From Dimargaris cristalligena (lineage: Eukaryota), in the NCBI GenBank assembly GCA_003614675.1, contig ML002383.1, forward strand, positions 1 through 35,085: 35,085 nt of DNA, given 5' to 3'. The translations under genes and the position numbers were made by a program. This document shows positions 11,182 through 23,032 of this stretch, one piece after another; position 1 is the first letter of the stretch, and every line of letters begins with the position of its first letter. The notes below the pieces were generated by a model. The model had not been told where the DNA came from. It did not search any database and saw only the letters and a list, made by a program, of their open reading frames with translations.

Positions 11182-12443
11182 TGCTGGATCCCTGCATCCA
11201 ATCCCATTTTATATATTCATATTAGAAATCTCACCCGACTGCTGATCCTACAGTGAATATTAAACAAATCAGATATATAGGATACATAAAAAACGACTGC
11301 CCTACTCTGAAGGTATGGCTATATAATATCTGCATTGCGGACTAGAGCGTAACACTGCGTATATATTTTAGTGATTAACTGCTGCTAAATAATTATAATA
11401 TAGGTATTTCACACTTTGTGTGCCAGTTTTGCTATTGGTGCAAATACCAGCCAGGGATTCTACCTTATTAGCTAAATAGTGCAATGGTTTAAGGCTATAT
11501 TTCAAACTAAGAGAGAGTAAGATGTCATCATGGTTGATTGTGATTATGGCCTAGCGCAGACCACCCCATTCGACAGTCGTTGTATGCATTGGCAATTGTT
11601 AGAATAGGCAGAAGTGCCAGGAAAGCTTAGTCAGGCATAACGAGTAGGCGGTAGGATGGGGTAAAGAGGTATTTGATAATTGGGAGTGTTCGATATGTAG
11701 TATCGTCGAACGGCCTATGGTCTGGTTCAGGGGCTCGACTATAAGGCGAGCTAGTGGACAGTACTATGTAATCGATGGTTGTTGAGAATTTGGATGCCGA
11801 CGACCTACTTACCCTGGGATATTCCGAAAAATTTAATTAGTATACTTCATATTTAGGTAACATCTGTACTGTCTAATAGCGATTCATTATCCTGTTCTAA
11901 GGGAGTGTGCGCTAAGCCGGATCAAAATCGATTATATTAGATCACATAGTGCAATTCAAATAAAACAAGATTTGCTTTGCGCCCCTCATTTTAAAGAGTT
12001 TTTTTATATAAAAAAATAGTTGACTGTGCTCATTTAAATAATTTACTAAAACTACTTTATAATATAAAATCTTGACTGTAATATTCGTTTATTAATCCCC
12101 AATTTTCGAAAAAAAAATATATGGTGCATTCTCCCGCTACGTATTGTCAGATATTACCAATAAACTCACTAACATGCCCGTTTTTGGCTCTATCTCTTCG
12201 TATCCGGCCAGCGTTTCCATTCCAGCCAGTCGGGAGCCGACCCTACCGGCGCCAGGCAGATATAAATAGGTAGCTACAGACCCCACCAGCTATTCTATAC
12301 TCGCTACCGTCAAGCCGGAACTGGGTGCTCATAATTATTCACAGTTGAACATAAAGGCTGGATAGAAATACATGTATATTGGCGCTAAAAACTAGGCACA
12401 ACAAATGTAAGCCAGCCCCGATAACAAATAGAGACCAGGACAA

Positions 12444-14023
12444 TTACATCTGACGAGGGATAATACGCGGAGGTGGAAAACCGGTTCGGAATTTAATCGC
12501 ATGTAGCCGGTCTAAAAGAATATTATTATTCAGCCAAAGAGAATCGTCCACCTCCTGGTCGTTTGCTTCGAGGAGTTTGATAGCGGTTGAGCGACGGACT
12601 CGAATAGCCAGTTTGGGGTTGCCTTGAGGGTCCCTGTGAGGGTACACGAATCCACCAGCAGTTACATCAACTAGGACAAACTGATCCATACTCCTATTCC
12701 TATCATGGCGCATACACTTTGCCTGGGCGATTGTAAAGCCCAGTACATTGGCATAGCCGCAATTAAGATTGACGTGGCTGGCTAATTTGGCATCTTCTTC
12801 AGGGCCGAAGTCGCCATACTCCAAAAGAAACAGAGCTATGGATCTACTAGTGCCAGGCTGGAGAATACCGGTGAACCCGGTGTCCTTATAGAGCTTCAAT
12901 AACTCGGCGATTCGGCCGGTGGTGGCGAGGACGGTACTGACGCTGGCCACAAATTGGATAAGGTGGGTTGTGATGAGATCATTATCCCACCATTGTTGGA
13001 AACTCGAGGGAAATGTCGCGAGGATTGGCTCATCTTTGTACGCCTCTTCCACCTCTTCAACCGATAGATTATTAGTGCACAATGAATCGACCAGTGTAAA
13101 TAGTTTGATAATCTCGGCCGTGGTTAAGTTTGGGAGGAGATATAGCATGGGGAAAAGCACCCGTTTATGCGTGTCACTCAGTCGAGTGTAATCCAGGTAC
13201 GCCCACTGCTCCTCAATAGGCACCAGTTTTATATAGTTGGATATATCACTCGGCTCTACTTTACCGTTGGTATACGCCTCTTTACTCGGATACTCCCACC
13301 ATCCTGGGTAATGACCACCTAATTTCTTCCAGAAGTAGGCCATGATTGCATCCATCGGTTGCATGGGAAATAGCACTCGGAATCGACTCAGGCTGATCTG
13401 ACCACGTTCCAGCACAAGCCCGCTTAGGTATCTAATAAGTTTCTCGCTCTGTAAAAATAGGACAATAAATAGACACCAATGTGTTGAGGCACTTGTAGTG
13501 GTCCATTAGTTAATAATCAAGAAAACGGTGGTGTTATATATCATTGACACACCAAGGCGTTGGCCACCTACCTACAATTAAATGTCGAATTATTACTATA
13601 AGAGAGTCGCTAAGCAAAATAAACAGCTGGGTGCCACTATGGACAGCGAGTATTTAAGAATGGGGCCAGTGCACTTACCTCGATAAAAGCCAGGCTTTCA
13701 GGGTGGTACTTGACAATCTTGTTCAAATTTTGGTTAACCCCGGACATTTGTACCCGGTCTTTATATGGCAAGTAAGTCAGGGTATTCTCGATAAGTTCAG
13801 GGGGGAGGGGCATCAATATAGACATTTTGTTAGGATAATTCTTTACTTCAATGTCGTAGGTTGAAGCACTGTCAACTAGCTTGTCATTGGGTTGGCTATC
13901 CTCCACGCCGTTGAAGACTCCACTCCCAGATTCTTTGCTGTCGTTGACGGGTTGGGGCCGACTGGAAACATGGTGGACCACGGCCAGGCCAAGCAGGGTG
14001 ACGGATAAGAGGTACGGCTTCAT
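12444..14023 (-). CDS. Signal-peptide + F-box protein with unrecognised C-terminal domain; 2 exons: 14023-13679, 13448-12444; ~449 aa
   Basis: ATG at 14023 gives MKPYLLSVTLLGLAVVHHVSS|RP (basic n-region, hydrophobic core, V-x-S cleavage site). Residues ~70-106, LMPLPPELIENTLTYLPYKDRVQMSGVNQNLNKIVKY, fit the F-box consensus LPxEl(l)xxIlsyL.xxDlxxxsxVxkxw. A phase-0 intron at 13678-13449 (GAG|GTAAGT...TTTTACAG|AGC) joins track ORFs 13637..14104 and 12444..13415. Confidence 0.78.
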
Positions 14024-14192
14024 GGTTAGCAGGCGACAATAAGCAAGAGATAGTGGCTGGTAGGGAAGTAGAGGAAGAGCTGGGTAATTATTGACTGATT
14101 GCAAATGTCAGAATATTACTGTAAAAATCAAAGACACCGAAGCCCAGGTGAAGTGAAGTAACGCTAAAATGAGGTGAAGGAAAAGCGGCAAG

Positions 14193-14200
14193 TTTATATA
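14193..14200 (-). promoter_or_regulatory. Candidate TATA box (TATATAAA) ~170 nt upstream of the secreted F-box gene
   Basis: Matches TATAWAWR on the gene's strand. Sequence match only. Confidence 0.35.
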
Positions 14201-15755
14201 TTCGGAATGGTAGCTAAATGGGAACTGCGGGTCGATGAGGGTATGTCTAGTGATGCCTATAGTTGGGTGGTCTATCTGCATCAGCGAGAAAGCACGGGCG
14301 AATTTCATAACCATACCCGAACCAGTGAATATGTATTACACCGGCGGACAAGTAGCACAATCATATTACTTGCAACAAAGGGAAGGGGTGAAAGAATTTC
14401 AAATGTAACAGGCACTCCCTATCCATGCCACTGAGTTGATTGTACAGTTTTCCCTATTTTTAGATTCATCTGCCGAAAGCAGGTGCCGTCGAACAGGTAA
14501 TGTTGGGATCCAACTGCTCGGCAGCCATGTAGCAATCTGCCGTATTCGGACATATACCTATGTTGCTCATTCGACTAAGTCGCCGATATGGCGGAGGTCC
14601 CGTTCCTCTGGGAATGGTAATTAAACGAAGGCCTCGGGCCACGTACCCGCATTTATAAATTAAAAGGGGATTCGAGTGAAATGGAGATGCCAGTCGGATT
14701 AGGGTGGGACAGTTAGGCAATGTGTTGGCGATGTACGGCCCTCAGCAGAAACACATGAACCTGCTTAGCCGGTTATTTTTTTCTCGAATCAATGGGAATG
14801 TTAAACAAAGAATTTATTTATTATCTTTTGGTGAAACTAGACCTTGTTCTTTCGTTTGAATCCCCTGTTTTCCGTAGTGCCATGAGAACATCAGCTATCA
14901 GCCTTCATTATCCGGTTATCCATTCACCTGGCGATTCCATTAAGAACCTGGTGATTATTTACGATTTCGACCTTTACAACTGATTTCTACTGATATGACG
15001 AATTGTTTGAGAATATTTACACGCCTTTCGGGAGGTTGCTGCCCGAATAATGATTTTGGTTATTTGATAACGACCATGTGTTATGACGGTTTAATGATGG
15101 CATTTTTGAAATGAATAATGGTATATCTAATATTTAAAACAATTTCTACACGACCTTAATTCGGGGAGCCCTCTTCCAACTAGGAAAACGATAATAAAAT
15201 TGCTCATAACTCCTTTTCTTTACCGAAACAATCATTTTAATAAAATCTTTATATCAAAAACATCATATTTTTCTATATACTTTAACACTCGACCATCTCT
15301 ATTAACAATGTTTCGCCCGCACCCAAATTCCTCCAGGCCTAGCATTACATCTTCTACCGGACTGGAGACGACCCCCGGCCATGCCCCTACACTCTGCACC
15401 GGAGCAAGAGATGCCCAGCCGCATTCCGCAACCCAGCGGCAGATTGGTGGATTGGCAAATCCCGACTCAAGTACAATTCCACCTGGCAGGATAGATAATA
15501 CTCAGGGTAGTTAAGAACAATACATAGTCCATTTTCTCCGTTACTGCTGGACAGATATCCAGCACCATCCCTCCCAAACCCATACACTCTTTGTGGCTCT
15601 CTTGACAGTTCAAATACGGCTCAGCGGGGCTTCTGTATAATGTGGCCCATACTATCTCCAGCCGATGTCATTAAATGAGTCTGGCCATTTCATCTTCCAT
15701 ATTATGTATGAGTTCACTACAGCCAATTACTCCTGGTCATATGTCATAACAAGCG

Positions 15756-16926
15756 ACTTGTAAGGGGTACTTATGGTATAGGGGGGGGGGGCTAAATTAG
15801 TGCATCTCATTTTCCCTAAAGATAGGATACTGGGACCCACCCAACACTATCAAACCTCCACTATACTGACATGGCACATCCAAACTGCCATCATATTATG
15901 GCCTTTTAAAATAATTAATGGGCATCACAGGTAGAGGAGTGGTGATGACTGGTCACCATTTTAGCCCAAGGAGGGTAATGGAAAGGTGTATATTAAGGGG
16001 CTGACCATATACTATAAGACCAGACTATTAATAAACTTAGATGGAATATATCCTGAGAGCAGCAATATCTCCAGGGAGAGAATTAGAGTAATATAGTCAT
16101 AGGAAGCATATTCTAGTGAAACTACATCAAGAGGGAAAGGCCAAAGGGAAATAGTACCATCAGTTTTCGGTTAATACATCATGTTATTATTTGGATGGTG
16201 AAAGCAGAGTGTCAATATTTCAAGCAGGAAATATGGGCCATTCCTATAGCACTGGATTCCTTCATACTACTGAAGGGACATTCTACCATGGGCTCAGTAG
16301 TCACTTGTTGCCCAGGTTTGCCACCCTTAGTCTATCAAGAATCCTGAGGATAGGCTTCTAATGGTGGATGGGGCTTAGGCTCAGCTAAGTGGGTCCTAGT
16401 ACTAGGTAAGGGCATAGTACTAACTAATAAAGGTTTACTGGATATAGGTATATATAAGGGTTGTGTAGTAGGCATACTTACTAGTCAGTATAAAGGGAGT
16501 ACACATATATAATGTTTATTGGGATAAACTAAGGGGTCAGAATAAGCTAAGGAACCAAACTGATCCCAATGGGGGCTGGTTATATATATATGGGGGATGA
16601 CTCCAAAGGGAGGTCCCCAGGGAAAGGTACTACTAAGACTAAATAGTATAATAAATAAGCTGGCTGGATGGCTGTGAGGACTTGGAAGACTCTGTGGGGA
16701 ACTGGAAGAGTTATTAAATCAGCACTTAAGTGATTAGTATAAAGGGCCAGAGTCCAGAAAGGGAATAGTTATATAATATAGGATGATCCTATAGTACTAG
16801 GGGTGACTATAGGAAGGTTAATATAGCACTATAAGGCCTAATAAGGGTGGATAATTGTTATATCCAGATTAAGTTGGATTAGGGGGGCCAATAAACTTCA
16901 ACTAAGCTGTATACAATTCTAAATTC
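15756..16926. other. CpG-depleted, TpA-enriched island; probable relic of a mutationally inactivated repeat, TE or duplicated gene
   Basis: Manual scan finds one CpG (16168) in ~1170 nt despite plenty of G and C. It is dense in TAG/TAA/TATA, has no track ORF, and has a G11 run at 15781-15791. The ancestral element is not identifiable. Confidence 0.6.
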
Positions 16927-17194
16927 CGGATGCTATATGTATGGGATAATGTGTGTTATTGTATATTTTTTTTTCAGTACTACCTGTCCCACCAAACGGA
17001 GTTTGCAAAATCTAGCCAGATTGAAGCTCTTCCATGTGCACATTCAAGTACTGAGATTATATATCCAATAAAACAAAACGAATTTTTCACTTGCTATTGA
17101 TATAACTGTGCGTGATAGAATAAGCCGACCTGCAGGCTAGAGTTGATGTCGATTTTTAAAAACAATGGAAAGTTTCCGAGTGGTATTATGGGGC

Positions 17195-20100
17195 TTAGGA
17201 AAGATTCGTAGCCTCGAGGCTTTGAATCTCCCAGCCCACAGGGGTCGAGTCGCCCAACTTCTCCCCAATAATCACACTACTGGTCTTACTGGCGCTGGGT
17301 ACCAAGTATTGCTTGGCCACCCTCTGGACATCCCTGCTGGTGAGACTTAGAAAATGATCGCGGCGTCTACATGGATTGGCAGGGTACAAAATGGCAATTG
17401 TAAAATTTCGGAAAGTTAAGCCAAATAGAATATGAAGGGACCCATTAAGTTACCGATTGGGCCAATAATTGGAGTAGATTATGCACATAAAAGTCGACTG
17501 CAAGTATGAGACCGAAAATCATATATGCCGAGTAACCATTGTGTGGCAAACTGGCACTTACTGTTGGCGCAGTTCGTCGGTAATGCCATAGGTGAATAGC
17601 GACATTCCCTCTTCGAAAACAGACAGAGGGGAATCGATACCAGAGAAAAGGGACAATTTGGCCTCCGTCATTTCCTAGATTGATGGCATAGCGTAAAATT
17701 TCAATAAATAAGGAATACTTAGGGCCAGCGGAAAGATTCCTATATAAAGAGTTATTGTATTCCCTATACGCCAGTCCATATATGGCCCCATGCAAGGGAC
17801 ATGTTAGACAGCTGTCATGAATGAACAATAGTATCGAATATATTGAACTTACCCGGTCCGTAAACTCCCGCTGTTCAGCCCATTCACAGGCCCGACGGAA
17901 CGTTTCTACCGACTTAAATGGGTTAGGATCGCGGTAGGAGAAGAAGGAGAAGAGACCATTTTGGCTACCTAGGCCAGCCCCACCACCGTAGGCGCCATTC
18001 TTCTCGCGGATTTCTCGGTGCAGGAAATGAGTGGTCATCAATTTCGACAGAAGCTGGCATAGTATATCCCAGAGATGCATTTCAAACAACCAAATATAAG
18101 GTGAATTAAGTATTTAGGGTACAAGAAAAAACAATCCAGTATACGGGGAGTGGTCCAGTATTTCTATTGGATGGTATTTAGATCAAGTCGTAAGCGACCC
18201 ATTATGCCCGTTTCATTAGGTTATTTGGTGTGCCATTGGCTAGATGCTTACCTGGAGAGCCGGACTGTCGGGGTGGCTAAATGGCACCGTGTAGAATGAC
18301 TGGGCACTAAAGTTTGAGGCGAAAGGCATTGGGAAGTAGCGCTGGGAGTAAGATGGGGTAAAGGATGAAGTCCCGCCATTATCAGAATTTAATCCACCTG
18401 CTGAGGCCGATTGGTGAGCCATAAAGGCCTCGAGCGCAGTTTGGTTGGCCTTCTCGCTCGATGGGCTGGCAGTAATGGCCACCCGCATTTGGGTCTTGTC
18501 AAGGAAAAGGTCCCTCAATTGCTAAGACGACAATGTGCATACAGGGGATCCCCAAAAGAAAAGTAATATACAGGATTAATTTCATAAATGAAGTAGATCC
18601 TAGCAACCCTAGTTTTACGAATGTCGAATCGCCCAATCAGGTAACAGGTGGGGGAGGTACTCACAACCCCCCCCACCTCTTTCAGTATATAATTCAATTA
18701 CTACTAAGCTAACGGCCCAATTCCAATGATATTTATATATAGGCTTACCTCAAGACGCTGACTGACTTCCGTCAAATCGGACTTGGCCGTAAGTCGATTC
18801 AAGAACTGCAATTGATCGAACCCATTGTAGGTTTCATTGAGCTGGGACGTAGGCAACAGCGTTGATGCAGCCAACATCCGTGCAAAACTATGCCCGGATT
18901 CAGCAATACTATTCCATAGCCCCGAAGCCTGGCCTACAATTAAAGTTTGCAGTCGATCCACCTTATGAAAATCGGTTTGATCGGTAATTTCCCGGATCAG
19001 GTCGTACATGCGCGGTAAGTTGGCGTCTAGGCAGTGACCGCCGACCGAAAAGCCCAGTTCGTAGTTGTTGGTAGGATCCCGGAGACTAGGGCTCAGATGG
19101 TAGTTGAAGGAAACGCCGCCGGTGTACATCCGGATATCCTGGGTTAGTTCGGCCATGGTGCGTCGGGTGGTCCCGCAAGTGGTGAGGGCACTGCAGAGGA
19201 GGGGCACGAAACTTTGCCAGTCGGCGGGAAGGTCGGTCGCGGGGTGGGGTAAAGTGGCGATCGTCTTGAGATACGAAATACCGTTGGTGGGGGCCAAGTT
19301 CCATTGCACGGGGAACTGTTTCGGAGTGATTTGGGTGTGTTTTAAGTTTTCCGTCGACGACGTGTTTTGAGTAGGAATATCGGCCAGGGTGAGGGTAGGC
19401 AAACAGCCCAGGTCTTGCTCGGCGTCTTGGGCAGCCAGGAGCGTTTCGCCGCGTTTCTGGATATTGGCTTCCTGGGCGGGGGTCAAAGACGCCACCACGG
19501 CGGCCAGCCGTTCGCTCTCCCCGCGGTTCCAACTCGCTTGGAAGTCTGCGTCCGGCTCCATCGTGTACACCAATTTCCGGGGATTCTCCAGCAGATGTTT
19601 CGTCACCAAAGACTGGAAAAACTGGCCGTCCTGTAATTCGTTCCGTAGACGAGCGACGCGATTATCAATTTCCATCAAATCAATAGGGTTCGAGCCGTGG
19701 AACCAGCCGGTGGATATGCTCTGCATTAATGACATGCCGAAATCCGCCGTGCGGTGCTTATGCCCCATTTCAATCTGGTGGATAAGGGCCTCAATCCGGG
19801 GGGTGGAGAATCCCTCCTGGGCCACCTTGTCGAGAACCTGCGTAATACGCTCCTCCAAAGGACCGGCGGCATCCGCGGCCCGGACTCCTTGGAGACCCAC
19901 CGAAAAGGATGACTGGTAGGTATAGGGATTGAACCCCGTATTCGCGGAGTATTCGGCACCCATGTTGGTATCGATGAGGGCCTGATAGAGGGGGGCGTCA
20001 GCACCCGAAAGGAGTAGCTTGGAGAGGAAGCCCATGGCAAAGCAGGGGAAAATCTCGGTGGTGGGGTGGGTGAGGAAGCTGACGGACTGTTTCACCTGGC

Positions 20101-21136
20101 GATCAGCGGGAGTGGCCGCGTCTACCGGGCCGGTTTCGGTGACCCGGGTGGCGGGACCAGCGGCGGATAGCTGGCTCAAGAGAGGGACAGTGGGGGTGTC
20201 CGCCCGTTCGTAAGAGTCGATCTTGGCATTGATGGCCTCAAGCTGGGGACCCAGAGGCAGATTGCCGTAGGAGAAGAAGCGGGCATTAGAAGGGTGGTAA
20301 TGGCGACGGTGGAAGTTCACCAACCCTTCGTAGGTCAATTCGGGAATGTGGGTGGGATCGCCACCACTCACATAGCTGTAGGTACAGCCGGGGTATAGGG
20401 CCTGTTGACTACGGGTGGCGAATAGACTTTCCGTATCCGAGAAGGCGCCCTTCATCTCGTTGTACACGACCCCTTTAAACGTCCACGGGGAAGTAGGATC
20501 CCGGGCATTTTCCCGCTCGATACGCCAACCCTCCTGGTAGAAGTCCAAGTCTCGCAACAGCGGGCGAAACACGGCATCCAGGTACACGTCGCGTAAATTA
20601 GCGTAATCCTGGCCATTTTGGGTCGCAAACGGATACTGCGTGTAATCGTGGGCCGTCCAGGCATTCATAAACGTCGACATGGAACGATTCAACATCTTAA
20701 AGAACGGATCGCGTACGGGATAGCGTTCGGAACCACAGAGCGCCGTGTGTTCCAGAATATGGGAGACTCCGGAGCTGTCTTTGGGGGCCGTATTGAACCC
20801 CACGCTAAACACGTTGTTGGCGTCGTCGCGGGCTACGTGCAGGTACTGTGCACCCGTTCGGAGGTGTTCGAGGCGGACGGCGGTGAGGGAGATTTCGGGA
20901 ACTTCCCGGATCTCGTCCACGCGGAACCCATGCAGCACATGGCCGGGGGTGAATTCGGAACCGGGGTGCAGGGGCTTCCCGCTGGCGGTGGCCAGAGAAC
21001 GGACGGTAGAGGTGAGAGGGTAACGTAGGGTCGGTTGGGCCCGGAAGAGCGTGGCGGTCGGAGCACGCTGCCAGAGGCGGTTCGCCTGGCCTCCTCCGCG
21101 GCTAGACCGGGTGGCCCAGAAACTCAATTGTTGCAT
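17195..21136 (-). CDS. CYM1: Mitochondrial presequence protease (pitrilysin family M16C, Cym1/PreP/PITRM1); 5 exons: 21136-18749, 18521-18252, 18053-17853, 17674-17562, 17366-17195; ~1047 aa
   Basis: Inverted zinc motif HILEH (GVSHILEHTALCGS), RDPFFKMLNRSMSTFMNA, KGVVYNEMKG, SGGDP and C-terminal LHREIREKNGAYGGGA...SYRDPN. The R/S-rich, acid-free N-terminus resembles a mitochondrial presequence. All four introns start GTAAG and end YAG with consistent phases (0,0,0,2). Confidence 0.95.
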
Positions 21137-23032
21137 AACGGAGGCTTGATTAGGGTGGAGTGCGGGATATGGAACGAGGCAAATGGGGTAAGGAAGGGAA
21201 TGAGTAGTATTATAGCAGGAAGAAACTGGGATTAGGTGGGGAGGCCTGGAAACAAATTAGCGTAAGACAGGCCTAGAAACGTAAATCGAACAGACGCTCC
21301 CAATCGACTACGCAAAAGACCTGCTGGATATTCGAATGCCTAAGAGCCCATTTTAGAACTACGAGGCACGTTCCTCCGAGTGGGAAGTGCTGCGCAAATG
21401 CTGTCCCCCAATAAAATGGTCTGATTGAAGTAGGGCTTGTATGGAGTTTGAGGGGTTAAGTCAGTTTTCGTATCCCCCATTACGTACCACGCCAAATCAC
21501 GGCTCAATTGAAAGATAATATGGGAGTAGTTCAGCAAGGTTGTATAACGAAAAATCCATTTGATGAGGCAAGTACTACTGGTTGAAAATAAACATCCCAC
21601 CGATTTTCCCATACACATATCAGTTAAACTCTTATACAGCCAAGCTGAACTTCACCCATATATATTCGATAGTAGAAATAGCCAAGGACACTATTACCAG
21701 AGCGAGACCCTGTCTAACCGACGCTTCCCGTATGTTGGAGACACAGATAATCAATTCTACCCCTTTGGAATGTTATATTGTGGTGTTTCTATTTTAGTAT
21801 ACTTAGGAACCCTTCCACCAGAAAGATATCTCATTTATTGAAAACTCATACTTAAAGGCCGAAATGTAAGCCATTTGATTCGCATCCTATAGGAACTATA
21901 TATTTCGTGACTAACTGGACAATATAGGCATTAACACCCAAATATTCAACCATTTTTTAGGGCTATTTAAGGGAGGGCTGTGATCCGAGCCATACCCTGC
22001 CCAAACTATTTTTGGTTTTGGAAAAGGTGAAGAATATCATCGAAGGCCGGTCCTCACCTTTTTCTACCCAGATGGGTACTCTGGTGGCCTGGGCCTCTTT
22101 CTAACATTCGGTATTCAGTATTCATGATTGCTATTAGGATGGCTTATTAGTTATAGCAGGCTGGGGCGTATCCCCAAACCGCCAGCATCAGCAGTCTTCA
22201 GTATTCCATTTATCCTTCTAGTTAGCTATAGTTATTATTTACAGTCGCTCATTGGGTATTCTAGCACCGTAGCAGCACCTGTAGGTCGCCATGTTTATAT
22301 TCATTTCTACTAACCAGGTTTTATATAAATACCTACTGAGTATTCTCTCAATAAAGGCAAACAGTGTTACACCATTCAGTCTTTTATGTTAGTTTGCCGA
22401 CCCCCGGTGTTATCATGGCCGCGCCTTCCTTTGGCCCAAGCCCATGGATTGTGCCCCGTCCACCGCATACGAGAAGGATCCCTGAGTGATTCCCGGTTGC
22501 TTAGTTGTCACTGTATCATGTCCAGATAAGAATCATCCCCGCCGAGTGCAAATTTCCCTCAATATATATGTCTACCACCAAGCTATCACTGTCCCAGCCG
22601 ATATTGATATGGTTATCAGGTCCTATTATATTGTGGCATTAAGTTCGGCCACAACACTACCCATACATTCACACGTGTATATATACCCACCATTCGAACG
22701 TTAAACAGTCATAACCTGGAAAACCATTGCGTTTTTTTTTAATTCAATGTTAAAATCGACTTACTCAAGGGCTGGTGTTATATGTGGTGTCGGCCTCAGC
22801 TGATTGCCGAGAATCGATTGAAACAATATAGTTAACAATAATAAAATGTAATCTACCAATATACCAGATTGGAAGAGCCCTGACTGTTTGACGCGGACAA
22901 CTGACGGGCACATCGGGTTGCTCTACACTTGCTACAGATCATGCGGCAGGCTAATTTATCTTTTTGGGAAAATTTGGGGCAGGTGTCCCTTGGTGACAAA
23001 TCAGCTGGCCGATTTACTCACAACGTTTAAGT

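Noticed and set aside
8629..12443. Short ORFs in the long intergenic region; likewise 21340-22704 and 30693-31760
   Set aside because: No recognisable motifs, non-coding composition, and no consistent splice model.
13637..14104. Track start at 14104 for the F-box ORF, and stop-terminated intronic tails of the track ORFs for the RING, CYM1 and PRE10 genes
   Set aside because: 14104 is a non-ATG start, while the ATG at 14023 exposes the signal peptide. The tails are read-through into introns.
15759..16915. Possible solo LTR (TGTAAGG...ACA) matching the CpG-depleted island
   Set aside because: No target-site duplication, second LTR copy, PBS or recognisable gag/pol remnant, so it is not called a mobile element.
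22022..22062. AAAAGGTGA...TCACCTTTT inverted repeat
   Set aside because: A 9-bp stem with a long loop and no TSD or additional copies; compatible with chance.
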